Source: Armatimonadota bacterium (GTDB lineage: Bacteria; Armatimonadota; UBA5829). From it: a DNA stretch of 64,000 bases. The notes beneath the pieces were generated by a model, which was not told where the DNA came from, did not search any database, and saw nothing but the letters and a program-made list of their open reading frames with translations. The stretch covers positions 16,489 to 80,488 of the forward strand of contig JBPOHN010000012.1 of NCBI GenBank assembly GCA_052035525.1, written 5' to 3'. Made by a program: the position numbers and the translations under genes. Below are positions 1-9,898 of the stretch, piece by piece; the first letter of the stretch is position 1, and every line of letters starts with the position of its first letter.

Positions 1-100
1 AGTTGTCCAGAACCCTTACGCGTTCACCGCGCTTCACCAGCGTCTCGACTATGTTGCTGCCGATGAATCCCGCACCGCCAGTTACCAAGTATGAGGCCAT
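1..100 (-). CDS. NAD-dependent epimerase/dehydratase family protein, N-terminal fragment (gene runs off window start)
   Basis: Reverse complement from 100 reads [33 protein letters not shown] (Rossmann GxxGxxG); GGAG upstream; absent from ORF track because no stop inside window. Confidence 0.6.
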   Translation of the reverse strand, partial: MASYLVTGGAGFIGSNIVETLVKRGERVRVLDN

Positions 101-559
101 AGGTATTGATCTCCGTTGTAGTTGTGCGCGCGGGTTCAGATAGTTGGGTCTGAAAGCGCCGCAGCGGCTGTGTCGAACATGGGGCCGACCATAGAGCATT
201 TTCCACGAATCGACCCCATCCACTCAAGGATAACCACAACCCAGCCCTTTTGCAAGTTAGCACCCAGCGTCTAGACCGGCAAGTGTCCCGAACGCCCTCG
301 TCGCCATCCGGGGCTTTGCGGATGCTCAGCCGTTCACTTGCAGAGAAGCACTATGCGACCCAACTTCACGTGGTCCGGGCCAACCCACCGGTCTCTGTCG
401 CCACCTTTCGCAAGTCTGTAAGCTGTGCGTGGGCTCTCGCAGTTCTCACCACAATAACGTACGCGCAGCCGGCCCAAAATGCTGCAGCCCAACCGGCAGG
501 AGTTGCTAAGGCTGTGGAGAAGATGTAGCAAGAAGGCATTCCGAGAAAGGAGCTATGCC

Positions 560-2665
560 ATGCCCCCCGAAGTCTCGACTGGATTTGCCGACGCGCTCTG
601 GATCTATGCTTCCCTGTTTGTCGTTATCTTCATCCTGCCCTCGATAAGGGTCATCGGCCCTACCCAGGTCGGCCTCGTGATGAAGAGGTTCGGCCTGAAG
701 AAGCTCACGAACGATAACCCTATCGCGTTCCATGGCGAGGCAGGATATCAATCGGAACTGCTCATGCCCGGACTGCGCTTTAAGTTTTGGGTGCTATATA
801 AGGTAGAGAAGTTTCCCTGGGTGCAGATTCCCGCGGGCGAGATCGGAGTGGTCATAGCCCAGGTAGGCGCCCCGCTCCCGATAGGCGCAAAGTCCGCTGT
901 CTACAAACCAGAGTTCGGCAACTTCACGGAACTCAATCGCTTCATCGCGTTAGGAGGACAGAAGGGCGTTCAGAGGCCGGTGTTGCCGCCTGGTTCTCTT
1001 CTCCCTATCCACCCGGTCGGCTTCCTCGTGATCACGAAGCGGGAGGTCTACGGCTTGCCCATCTCGCCCGAACTGCAGGCCCGCCTTGGCGATACGAAGC
1101 GACTCGGACCCGAATCCTTCGGCCTGAGGCCCGACCAGCTCGACCTAGTCCGCATCCAACCTCACCCGAGCGGCCAGGCGGGAAGAACACTGGATATGGT
1201 CGGCATCGTAACCACCTTCGAGGGCGATCCGCTCCCCTCCGGCGACATTGCGAGCCGGCTGGGCGGGTTCGACGATGTGGCGAAGATGTCTCAGCAGGAA
1301 GACGTCACCGATGCCGAGATAATCGAGGTTCTTCTCGGCAGCAAGAACAACCTGCACAACAACTATCAGGACTACCAGGCCTTTCTGGATAACGGTGGCA
1401 GGATCGGACTTCAGCACGATCCGCTGCTCTATGGCGCCTACGCGCTGAACCCGTTCCTGGTGAGCGTCGAGCTTGTGCCGATGCTGGTCGTGGAGCAGGG
1501 CGAGGTGGCGGTTATCAAGGCCTACGTCGGCCTTGTGACGCAGGACACCTCGGGACCCGACTTCAAATTTGGCAGCCTCGTTCGCCCCGGACACAGGGGC
1601 ATCTGGCAGGAGCCGCTGCGGACGGGCAAGTACCCTATCAACCCGCGCTGCTACCAGGCTGAGGTCGTCCCAACCGCGATCCTCACCCTCAACTGGGCGA
1701 ACGTCACATCTCAGGCGCACAGCCTCGACCAGCGGCTGGAGCAGATCGAGGCCAAGAGCCGCGAAGGCTTCGTCTTCAAGATAGACCTGCAGGTGCAGAT
1801 ACATGTGCCTGACACGAAGGGGCCGAAGGTTATCTCCAGCGTTGGCACGATGGACAGCCTCGTCAATGAAGTCCTTCAGGCGGCAGTCGGCAACCATTTC
1901 CGTGACAAGCTGCAGAGCATGCCCGCCGTGACATTTATAGAGACGCGTCAACAGGTCCAGCAGGAGGCATTCTCTCACATTACGGAGCAGCTCGGCGAAT
2001 ATCAGGTCGAGACCAAGGGCGTCTACATCCAAGATGTTGTTTTGCCGCCGGACCTAGTCACGGTGCTCACTCAAAGGGAAATCGCCAACCAGGAGATACA
2101 GACCTTCGAGAAGCAGCGGGCCGCTCAGGAACAGAGAATCTCGATGGAGCAGGCGAAGGGCACCGCTGACATGCAGGGCCAACTGGCGCAGTCGAAGGTC
2201 AACGTTGACATCGAGACCAATAACGCGAATGCTCAGAAGGCAAAGGCCGACGGCGAGGCCACCTACATCCGTGAGACGGGTAAAGCAAGGGGCGCTGAGG
2301 TGGAGGCTGTAGGCCTTGCTCGCGCCAAGGCATTCCAGGCGCAGGTGCAGGCTCTGGGTCAGAACCCCACCGCTCTGGTGAATGCAATCACCGTCCTTGC
2401 CGAAAAGAACGCCAAGTTCATCCCTGATATTCTCGTTATGGGAGGAGCAGCAGGAGGCGGCTCTTTGGACGGCCTCGCGGCGACCCTGATGCGGTATCTC
2501 GGCGCCGCCAACGACGGAGGACCACTGGCCCCTGAAGCCAACGCTATGGCCGCCACCACAGACCCTCAGCGAATGGCTGCTGATCTCGGCAACATGGTCA
2601 CCGAATCCAGGCAGATAGCCGATGACGCTGCCGGGACTTCGGGCGAGGAACCCGCAGCCCAGTAG
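560..2665 (+). CDS. flotillin-like SPFH/band-7 domain membrane protein
   Basis: ATG at 560 with AGGAG 8 nt upstream (ORF-track start 479 is a 5' extension); N-terminal TM helix, SPFH core, long C-terminal coiled-coil (QEIQTFEKQRAAQEQRISMEQAKG...) typical of YqiK/flotillin. Confidence 0.8.
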   Translation: MPPEVSTGFADALWIYASLFVVIFILPSIRVIGPTQVGLVMKRFGLKKLTNDNPIAFHGEAGYQSELLMPGLRFKFWVLYKVEKFPWVQIPAGEIGVVIAQVGAPLPIGAKSAVYKPEFGNFTELNRFIALGGQKGVQRPVLPPGSLLPIHPVGFLVITKREVYGLPISPELQARLGDTKRLGPESFGLRPDQLDLVRIQPHPSGQAGRTLDMVGIVTTFEGDPLPSGDIASRLGGFDDVAKMSQQEDVTDAEIIEVLLGSKNNLHNNYQDYQAFLDNGGRIGLQHDPLLYGAYALNPFLVSVELVPMLVVEQGEVAVIKAYVGLVTQDTSGPDFKFGSLVRPGHRGIWQEPLRTGKYPINPRCYQAEVVPTAILTLNWANVTSQAHSLDQRLEQIEAKSREGFVFKIDLQVQIHVPDTKGPKVISSVGTMDSLVNEVLQAAVGNHFRDKLQSMPAVTFIETRQQVQQEAFSHITEQLGEYQVETKGVYIQDVVLPPDLVTVLTQREIANQEIQTFEKQRAAQEQRISMEQAKGTADMQGQLAQSKVNVDIETNNANAQKAKADGEATYIRETGKARGAEVEAVGLARAKAFQAQVQALGQNPTALVNAITVLAEKNAKFIPDILVMGGAAGGGSLDGLAATLMRYLGAANDGGPLAPEANAMAATTDPQRMAADLGNMVTESRQIADDAAGTSGEEPAAQ

Positions 2666-2702
2666 GCTCTCCTCTGGATGTGAGGAATGATGGACTATAC
2701 CT

Positions 2703-2730
2703 GCCGGCCTCAGCCGGCCGTTTGTTTGTC
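2703..2730 (+). terminator. rho-independent terminator after flotillin gene
   Basis: CCGGCC-TCAG-CCGGCC hairpin followed by GTTTGTTTGTC. Confidence 0.55.
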
Positions 2731-2857
2731 TCTGAAGTCAGCACGAAGCGGCCGCAGCCGGCGTTAGCGAATATCGCCCGCTCCTGAAGGACGCCCGCGT
2801 GAAGGATCAGCCTCCCGATCGGAGAAGCATGTACCATCACTTCACGGAAGAACGGAC

Positions 2858-4219
2858 ATGCCCGCACCCAACATCGTATTCGTATTTGCCGACCAGCTTC
2901 GCGGCTGCTCGCTCGGCCACGTCGGAGAGGAGCAGGTTCTAACGCCCAACATAGACCGCTTCGCAGCTCAGGGCCTGCGCCTCACGCGGGCCGTGTCGAA
3001 CGCGCCGCTCTGCTGCCCGATGCGCGCTTCGCTCGTCACCGGCCTGCACCCGCTGTCACACGGCATTTTGGGAAACGACATCCGGCTTCGTGACGACGTT
3101 CCTTCCATCGCAAAGTCCCTCTCAGCCGCCGGATACTATACCGGCTACGTCGGCAAGTGGCACCTCGACGGCCCTGACCGCGGCTGCTTCACCCCGCCCG
3201 GCCCTCGCCGACAGGGCTTCGAGTTCTGGGCTGCCTGCAACTGCAACCACAACTACCGCGTTTCCTACTACTACGGCGACGATCCCGAACCGATCTGGTG
3301 CGACGAGTATGAGCCTACCGCCCAAACCGACGTCGCTATGCGGTTCATCTCCGACGCCGCCGCGGGCTCCCGGCCGTTCTGCCTGTTCCTGTCTTGGGAG
3401 CCGCCCCACTGCCCCTACGATCAGGCTCCCGAGGAGTTCCGCCGCCTCTACGATCCGGCAGCCATCCCGCCGCGCCCGAACGCCGTCAACCCGAACATGG
3501 ACATCATCGCCGGCTACTACGCTCACATATCCGCGCTGGACCATGAGTTCGGCCGGTTGCTCGATAAGATCGACGAGTTGGGTATCACCGAAGATACCCT
3601 CGTCATCTTCACCAGCGACCACGGCGATATGCTGTTCAGCCACGATAGGGGTTGGAAATGCAAGCCGTGGGCGGAATCGGTGATCGTCCCGTTCATCGCG
3701 CGCTGGCCGGGCACCATTCCGGCAGGCGCGGTCGAGGATACGCCGTTCGGACTTGTGAACACGATGCCGACCCTGCTGAGCGTGTGCGGAGCGGAGGTTC
3801 CTGCTGAAGTCGAGGGCGAGCCGCTGCCGCACCTGCTGCTTCAGACGGATGGGCCGAGACCTGATTCCACGCCCATCTACCTATACATGCGAGCAACCCA
3901 CCCGTCGCCCGACGTCTGGCGCGGAATCGTCACCCGCACGCACACCTACGCCCGCTTCCGGAACGAGCCCTGGGTGCTCTACGATGACGCCGCCGATCCC
4001 TATCAGCTAACGAACCTGGTGGACGACCTCGACCTCAGGCAATCAATGGAGGCCGTGCTTGATGGCTGGCTGCGAGGCCTCAACGACGACTTCGCATCCG
4101 ACTTCACCCTCGCCGAGCGCTGTGGCATTGAGGTAGACGAGCACGGGATTATCCCGTGCCACGTCAACCCCGAAATAACATCCGAGATGAACCGCCGCAT
4201 GCGCGCGCTGGGCTACTGA
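2858..4219 (+). CDS. formylglycine-dependent sulfatase (arylsulfatase family)
   Basis: LCCPMRASLVTG (C-x-P-x-R formylglycine motif), GKWH, sulfatase fold signatures. Confidence 0.9.
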   Translation: MPAPNIVFVFADQLRGCSLGHVGEEQVLTPNIDRFAAQGLRLTRAVSNAPLCCPMRASLVTGLHPLSHGILGNDIRLRDDVPSIAKSLSAAGYYTGYVGKWHLDGPDRGCFTPPGPRRQGFEFWAACNCNHNYRVSYYYGDDPEPIWCDEYEPTAQTDVAMRFISDAAAGSRPFCLFLSWEPPHCPYDQAPEEFRRLYDPAAIPPRPNAVNPNMDIIAGYYAHISALDHEFGRLLDKIDELGITEDTLVIFTSDHGDMLFSHDRGWKCKPWAESVIVPFIARWPGTIPAGAVEDTPFGLVNTMPTLLSVCGAEVPAEVEGEPLPHLLLQTDGPRPDSTPIYLYMRATHPSPDVWRGIVTRTHTYARFRNEPWVLYDDAADPYQLTNLVDDLDLRQSMEAVLDGWLRGLNDDFASDFTLAERCGIEVDEHGIIPCHVNPEITSEMNRRMRALGY

Positions 4220-4237
4220 TATCCTCACATGACCCTA

Positions 4238-4263
4238 CTTCGGGGCTTCTTCTCGCCCCGAAG
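4238..4263. terminator. hairpin between convergent sulfatase and copD ends (possible bidirectional terminator)
   Basis: CTTCGGGGC-ttcttctc-GCCCCGAAG 9-bp stem; second GCCCCGAAG copy 30 nt downstream. Confidence 0.35.
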
Positions 4264-4614
4264 TATAGTCAGCCCTGCGCATACCACGGGGCATTTCGCC
4301 CCGAAGCACGATCAGCCCCTCCGCCTCCGCATCAGCGCCCCTTCGACGGAACGGACTCTTTCCACGCTCAGCTCGTGCGGAGTCCGTTTATGCAGAAGGC
4401 CGAATCTCGCGTGCAGAACGAACACAGTGGCAGCGGCCCGAGCGGCCTCTGCCGGTTGCGGATGAGAGTACCCCCCATAATTATAAGACGGCGAGATGGC
4501 CATTTCTGTACATCGAAAGATTGAAACTTCAGTTAAATGTTGTTCACGGGTGGTGTAGAGCAGGGGAGGTCGTTCTTCCGGTCCGCGATTCCGTGCTTCC
4601 GTGTTTGGTCTCTT

Positions 4615-6210
4615 TTACGCCTCGCGGTAGAACAGCAGCACCAGACCCACCAGCACAAAGAAGACCGGCCAGATGACGCTCGCAATGCGGCCTTCCCTGC
4701 CCGATAGGCGCAACTCCAGCCATGCCGCCGCGCCGCCAAGTGCGGCGAATACCGCGAGGGCGTTGTGCGAGGCCTCGATCAGATACGCCTGCTTCAGCGC
4801 GAAGACGGAGTGCGAGTGCGTGAGCAGCAGCGCGCCCCCGATGAAGCTCAGGATCGGAAGCGCGAAACGCCACCTGCTCCTTGCCCAGGGCCCGGTTTCC
4901 ACACGCCAGATGATCAGGCCCAGCGCAGCCACCAACACCGTCGCCAGCCTGTGCGAAAGCACCTGCGGCACGGCAAGCGAGCTCCAGAACGGCTCCGGAC
5001 CCAGCGGCCAGCCATTAGGCTCCCCGATTATCAACAGGAACAGCGCCAGTGGCAGAAACAGCAGCGGCCAGTGCCGCGTCCATCTCCACCTTGTTACACG
5101 GTTCAAGAACGCCCCGAGACCGATCAGAATTACCAGAATTCCGGAGATATTGTGGTTGAAATCGCTCTGAATACGGCTTATCCTGCCCGGCAGGGCATAG
5201 AGATCAGCGGCGGAAGTAGCGTCCCTGAGCATCTCGCCGTGAGGCGGCGGCGTCAGCCTGGGCTTCTTCGGGGCGAAGACGTAGGCGACCTCCGCTACCG
5301 TGGCGCGGTCTGTCACGTCGATGGAAGGCGGCTGGCTTGTGAGCGCGGCGGAAGTCATCAGGATGATCACCCCGATCGCTGCTTCCACCTCCGCGAACAC
5401 CGGCACGCGCCGGAGCAGATCGCGTTTCTCGCCGGTCTGCTGCCAGCGGCGTATGGTGATGTTGTTGATGCCGCCGATCAGCAGCAGCGCCATCATAAGG
5501 CTGACCTTCGTGAGCACCATCGCTCCATAGGCTGTCCCGACAAGCCCGCTCGCATCGCCGATGAACTCACGGGCCAGATACAGCCCCGCGCCGACCAGTA
5601 CCACAACCGCGGTCAGTGCCGCGGGAGAGAACCTCGCTGCTATGCGGGGCCACGCGCGCTCGGCCGAGCCCAGCCTGCCAAACAGCCGCCACTGCGCGAT
5701 CAAGTGCATCAGGCCGCCTATCCAGACTACCGCGGCCATCAGGTGGATGACCGTAACTGCCATCAAGGGGTTCGCGTTCACAAGCCTGCTGGAGCCGTGC
5801 GTGAGCCATGCGGAGATCACCAGCATCGCCGCCGCAGTAACCGCAGCGGCAGGCCAGAGCGAATGCTGCGGGCGTCTTCGGAGCGGCAGAACAACACCAG
5901 CAAGAACCAGCGCCGCAGCACTGTGCAGCAGGCCTGCCCTGGCGAAACCGATGTGCAGGAACTCAGCAATCGGCCATCCGGACTCGTCGGAGACCGCCGC
6001 AACCGCGGTAAGCAGCACAAGGACCTGCGAAACGGCAACGGTCAGAGCGCCTGCATAGATGAGCGAAGCCGCACGCCGCACGGACTCATCGGGAGCACGT
6101 GCGGGCCTGAGGGCGACATAGTAGAACGCGATTCCCCCGGTGCTGAGCGCGAGGCCGACAAAGGCAAGCGCCCGGAACAGGACATCGAGGAAACCGGTCA
6201 GCAGGATCAC
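4615..6210 (-). CDS. copD: CopD-family copper resistance membrane protein with C-terminal CtaG-like extension
   Basis: 531 aa polytopic membrane protein; start overlaps copC stop (ATGA); N-terminal ~290 aa CopD-like, C-terminal ~240 aa additional TM domain. Confidence 0.7.
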   Translation of the reverse strand: MILLTGFLDVLFRALAFVGLALSTGGIAFYYVALRPARAPDESVRRAASLIYAGALTVAVSQVLVLLTAVAAVSDESGWPIAEFLHIGFARAGLLHSAAALVLAGVVLPLRRRPQHSLWPAAAVTAAAMLVISAWLTHGSSRLVNANPLMAVTVIHLMAAVVWIGGLMHLIAQWRLFGRLGSAERAWPRIAARFSPAALTAVVVLVGAGLYLAREFIGDASGLVGTAYGAMVLTKVSLMMALLLIGGINNITIRRWQQTGEKRDLLRRVPVFAEVEAAIGVIILMTSAALTSQPPSIDVTDRATVAEVAYVFAPKKPRLTPPPHGEMLRDATSAADLYALPGRISRIQSDFNHNISGILVILIGLGAFLNRVTRWRWTRHWPLLFLPLALFLLIIGEPNGWPLGPEPFWSSLAVPQVLSHRLATVLVAALGLIIWRVETGPWARSRWRFALPILSFIGGALLLTHSHSVFALKQAYLIEASHNALAVFAALGGAAAWLELRLSGREGRIASVIWPVFFVLVGLVLLFYREA

Positions 6211-6584
6211 CCGGCTGTCCTCCCGGCGATTTTGAAACGAAGAAGCCCGGGCGTGACGTGCCCGTCCGCCGCCAGCACCCTGTATTCCAGCCGGTAGGAA
6301 CCTGGCTTGAGCTTCGGCATAGGAATGATCACGTGGTTGGGCGGGCCGCTCTTGAAGCCTTTCGATTCGCCCGGCAGCTTCACCCTCTTGCCGCTGCCAT
6401 CATGCAGCGTCACTTTGGTCAAGCCTTTCTCGATTCGGGCGTCGAAGCGCAGCACTACCTGCTTGGGCGCTGACTTCAGGACCGCCTTGTCTCGCGGCGA
6501 CGAACTAACCAGAATCGCGTGAGCTTGGGCCAGGACGGGAATTGCCATGAGGACTGCGAGGGCTATTGCAGTTCTGATCTTCAT
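6207..6584 (-). CDS. copC: CopC copper-binding periplasmic protein
   Basis: ORF-track 5' extension ignored; MKIRTAIALAVLMAIPVLAQAHA signal peptide then H-x-SSP...CopC beta-sandwich (LEYRVLAADGHVTPG). Confidence 0.8.
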   Translation of the reverse strand: MKIRTAIALAVLMAIPVLAQAHAILVSSSPRDKAVLKSAPKQVVLRFDARIEKGLTKVTLHDGSGKRVKLPGESKGFKSGPPNHVIIPMPKLKPGSYRLEYRVLAADGHVTPGLLRFKIAGRTAG

Positions 6585-6598
6585 GCTACTCCTCCAAA

Positions 6599-7996
6599 TC
6601 AGCGGGGGTGCGCGGGCTGCTTTTCGCAGCCGCCGGCCTGTTGCCCTCGGTGTGCGCGAAGGAACGACTCGGGGTGGCTCAGCGCCTTTCCCACCTCGAC
6701 CGCATGCCGAAGGTGGCCCGGTCTGATCTTTCCAGTCGCTATGCCGCACGCGAGTTTGAGCAAGCCGCCGAGACCGCCCTGGGCGCGATGGCGCACGTCC
6801 AGAGCGCACTGCCACAGCCCGGCGTACTCGGCATAGAACTCCTCCATCGGCAGCGCGGTCGGGAGCACCGTGTGCTCCAGGTCGAAAAGCTCCCAGTTGC
6901 TCGCATCCACGCTTTCGTGGACCTCGTCCCATAGATCTGTGCCGGGCAGCGGCGTGAGTATGGAAAAGCCGGCATTATACGAGCCCGTGCGCGTCACCCA
7001 ATCCCGGAGCTGCCGGAAATGCTTGCGGTCCCACGCCGGGTCTACGATGAAGTTCGGCGTGTAACCGACCTTGAGATCGCGCAGTATATCGATGGCCTTC
7101 TCGTTGGTGGCGGCAGTGTTTCGCTTGTTTACCGACTTCAGACCCTCATCGTCCACCTTTTCGAGGCCGAGAAAGACGGTAAGCCTGCCGCAGCGGGTCC
7201 ATTTCTCTACAAGCTCCGGACTCCGAACGATCAGGTCCGTGCGAGTCTGCATGATGAAGCGCTTCCGGATGCCGGCGTCCAGAATCGCCTGAGCGAGAGC
7301 GCTGTCGCGGTCACGATTGAGCCAGAAGATGTCGTCCGTGATGAAGACGTTCGGGGCGGAGATCTCCCGCAGTTCCCGGATGATCCGCTCGACCGACTTC
7401 TCCCGGAACCTGCCTCCGTGAAACTTCCAGACGGAACAGAAGCTGCACCTGAACGGGCAGCCCCGAGCCGTCTCCAACAGCGCGGCGGGCTTGAGATAGC
7501 TGGAGTAGTAGTGCTTTTGGTAGCCGCTTATCAGGTCCCTTGCAGGGTAAGGCAGATCATCGGCGCTGGCACGCGGAACTGCGGAGGCCGTGCGGACAAC
7601 CGCTCCTGATTCGAGAAACGCCAGCCCCGGAACCGTGCGGAAAGACAGCCCCGCCTGCCAGGCATCGACCAGGCCCGGCATTACCTCCTCGCCATCGCCA
7701 ATCACCACCGCGTCGCAGCCCGTATGCAGGAACCAATCGGGATCCCGGGAGGCGTCGTGCCCGCCCATCACCAGCAGCGCACCCGGGAACTGCTCTCTCA
7801 GCTCCCCGGCCAGGGAGGCGACCCGGAGCCGATCGCTGGTGAAGCTGCACTGAACGCCGATCACCTGCGGATCGAATGATCTGGCTTTATGCACCCAGTC
7901 CCTGCCGCCCTCGATGCGCAGGTCGAGCACCTGGCAGTCTTGACCGCGCTCACGAAGCGCCCCGGCGACGCAAATGAGGCCGAGCGGCTCCAACAT
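6599..7996 (-). CDS. B12-binding domain radical SAM protein
   Basis: N-terminal cobalamin-binding Rossmann domain followed by ARGCPFRCSFCSV (CxxxCxxC); start chosen at MLEPLGL (GGAG 8 nt upstream); ORF track start 8146 is a TTG extension. Confidence 0.75.
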   Translation of the reverse strand: MLEPLGLICVAGALRERGQDCQVLDLRIEGGRDWVHKARSFDPQVIGVQCSFTSDRLRVASLAGELREQFPGALLVMGGHDASRDPDWFLHTGCDAVVIGDGEEVMPGLVDAWQAGLSFRTVPGLAFLESGAVVRTASAVPRASADDLPYPARDLISGYQKHYYSSYLKPAALLETARGCPFRCSFCSVWKFHGGRFREKSVERIIRELREISAPNVFITDDIFWLNRDRDSALAQAILDAGIRKRFIMQTRTDLIVRSPELVEKWTRCGRLTVFLGLEKVDDEGLKSVNKRNTAATNEKAIDILRDLKVGYTPNFIVDPAWDRKHFRQLRDWVTRTGSYNAGFSILTPLPGTDLWDEVHESVDASNWELFDLEHTVLPTALPMEEFYAEYAGLWQCALDVRHRAQGGLGGLLKLACGIATGKIRPGHLRHAVEVGKALSHPESFLRAHRGQQAGGCEKQPAHPR

Positions 7997-8142
7997 CGTT
8001 ATCATCTCCAGCCCCAGGGCATTGCCCGCGGGCGGCGTCATCAGACAGACTCTACTCAAACTGGTCCTCCAGACTCGGGCCGAAGGCCATGTTCCCAAAA
8101 CAGGCCGAACCGAAAACCCGAGCCGAATCACAACATGCTGCC

Positions 8143-8170
8143 TCAAGTGCCTCGATGGGCCTGCCGATAA
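8143..8170 (+). promoter_or_regulatory. putative sigma-28 (FliA)-type promoter for fliG-cheX-fliM
   Basis: TCAAG-N15-GCCGATAA; -10 is an exact GCCGATAA; same architecture as element upstream of flgF. Confidence 0.35.
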
Positions 8171-8259
8171 TCTAGATCACAGATGGTGTACGATTCTGGG
8201 GCAGCCGAGCTTCAGGAAAGGGCCCGGCGTCGCCTCGACCGACCTTCATAGAGGTACCT

Positions 8260-9267
8260 ATGGCACAGGAATCCGCGACTTCGCTCTCCGGCGTGGACAA
8301 GGCGTCGCTGTTTCTGCTCGCGTTGGGCACGGAAGCAGCGGGAACCGTAATGCAGCAGCTTTCGCCGGACGAGGTCAAGACCCTTGGAACCAACATCGCC
8401 AAGCTTGGTAATGTCGATCCCTCCATGAAGGAGACAGTGCTCAAGGAGTTCTCCGACAAATACAAGGACGGGGTGACGGTACCGGGGAACGAATACGTCC
8501 GGCAAGTCCTTGAGTCGGCGCTTGGCAGCGTGAAAGCGCAGGAGATAGTCGCTGAGATATTCGGCGACACGACGGGCCAGCCATTCGATTGGGTGAAGAA
8601 CGTAGCGACACCTCGTCTGGCGGCATCACTTCGCAACGAGCGGCCGCAGGTCATAGCGCTCATTCTGGCATATATGCCCCCGACCAGGGCGGCGGAAGTG
8701 ATTTCCCAATTGCCAGAACAGGTGCAGGGCGATGTCGGCTACCGGCTCAGCGCCATGCAGTCCGTGTCTCCGGACATCTCCCAAGCCGTTGAGGAAGTTC
8801 TGGAGGCCAAGCTGGCGCGAGAAGGCAGCACGGCCATGAGGGCCGTAGGCGGCGTCAACTCGCTTGTAGCTATCCTGAACAACTCCGACCGTACAACCGA
8901 ATCTAAGATATTGGGCTATCTCGATAGCGTCGAGGCCGACATGGCGGAGAGCGTCCGGCAGATGCTGTTTACGTTCGATGATATCGTCAAACTCGACGAC
9001 CACGCGCTGCAGGCAATCCTGCAGGAAACGGAGCAAGAGGACGTCCGCCTGGCTATCAAGGGCTCGACCGAGGAGATCAAGGCAGCCATCTTCAGGAACA
9101 TGTCCGAACGCGCCGTTGAGGCGATGAAGGAAGACCTGGAGATGATGGGCCGGGTGAAAGTCAAGGATGTGGAGGCCGCTCAGCGCCGCATAATGGCGAT
9201 CGTCCGTCGTCTGGACGAGGAAGGCACCATAAGCATCAGATCCGACAATTCAGAAGAGTTCGTGTGA
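8260..9267 (+). CDS. fliG: flagellar motor switch protein FliG (full length, N+M+C domains)
   Basis: 335 aa; N-domain, middle ARM domain (RPQVIALILAYMPPTRAAEVISQLPEQVQGDVGYRLSAMQSV) and C-domain torque helix (IFRNMSERAVEAMKEDLE). Confidence 0.95.
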   Translation: MAQESATSLSGVDKASLFLLALGTEAAGTVMQQLSPDEVKTLGTNIAKLGNVDPSMKETVLKEFSDKYKDGVTVPGNEYVRQVLESALGSVKAQEIVAEIFGDTTGQPFDWVKNVATPRLAASLRNERPQVIALILAYMPPTRAAEVISQLPEQVQGDVGYRLSAMQSVSPDISQAVEEVLEAKLAREGSTAMRAVGGVNSLVAILNNSDRTTESKILGYLDSVEADMAESVRQMLFTFDDIVKLDDHALQAILQETEQEDVRLAIKGSTEEIKAAIFRNMSERAVEAMKEDLEMMGRVKVKDVEAAQRRIMAIVRRLDEEGTISIRSDNSEEFV

Positions 9268-9360
9268 CAGGAGCGGCTGGCAAGACTAGGCCGTTGAGAT
9301 ATACGGAGCATCGTCTATGGCATATCGCATACAGGGCTTCGGCAAGCGGAGGCAGACTAG

Positions 9361-9837
9361 ATGAAAGTCGAGCTTGTGGAGCCGTTCGTGCGGGCCGGGT
9401 TCCTTGTGGTTGAGACTGTCCTCAACCAGAAGCCCGTGCGCGGGACGCTCTCCATGCGCCGGATAGCCAGCACTACTCAGCAGATTACAATAGAGCTGGG
9501 AGTGGACGGTGTGGTCGCGGGCAATGTGCTGTACGGAATGTCGATGACTACGGCGCAGAAGATGGCGTCGGTGATGATGGGCCAGCCGCTAGCGTCCATG
9601 GACGAGATGGCGTGGAGCGCTATCTCGGAACTGGCGAACATCATTACCGGGAGAGCCACTCAGCTTCTCAGCGACCGGGGCTACGAGTGTAACATCAGCA
9701 CACCGACCATCATAAAGGGTTGGAACGTTGAGGTTTCCGTCGCCGTTCCGGCCCTCGTCGTGCCAATGGTAACCACTTGCGGCAGCTTTGAGATAAACAC
9801 GGCGCTCTACGAGACCGAGCAGGCGGCAGCGGCCTGA
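9361..9837 (+). CDS. cheX: CheX/CheC-family chemotaxis phosphatase
   Basis: 158 aa, CheC-like fold signature (ELANIITGRATQLLS). Confidence 0.75.
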   Translation: MKVELVEPFVRAGFLVVETVLNQKPVRGTLSMRRIASTTQQITIELGVDGVVAGNVLYGMSMTTAQKMASVMMGQPLASMDEMAWSAISELANIITGRATQLLSDRGYECNISTPTIIKGWNVEVSVAVPALVVPMVTTCGSFEINTALYETEQAAAA

Positions 9838-9856
9838 CACAAAGCCGGAGCGCGAA

Positions 9857-9875
9857 CCCTGAACCGGATTCAGGG
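9857..9875. repeat. CCCTGAA-N5-TTCAGGG hairpin (partial copy of palindromic repeat family)
   Basis: Same 7-bp stem as hairpins at 27170 and 58745. Confidence 0.5.
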
Positions 9876-9898
9876 CTGACGGGACACGGGGAAAAGAA

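Noticed and set aside
250-528. 92-aa ORF in the epimerase/flotillin divergent intergenic region
   Set aside because: No RBS or homology; likely noncoding promoter region.
3090-3832. Overlapping alternative-frame ORFs inside the sulfatase gene (197 aa plus, 236 aa minus)
   Set aside because: Low-complexity S/T/P/R-rich translations; the sulfatase frame carries the conserved formylglycine motif.
4765-6297. 510-aa plus-strand ORF antisense to copD
   Set aside because: Arg/Pro/Gln-rich low-complexity translation typical of the antisense frame of a GC-rich membrane-protein gene; no RBS or domain signal; copD on the opposite strand is well supported.
8250-8265. TGGCAC hexamer at the fliG start
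   Set aside because: It is simply ATG-GCA-CAG of the FliG start; no TTGC at the -12 position, so not a sigma-54 promoter.
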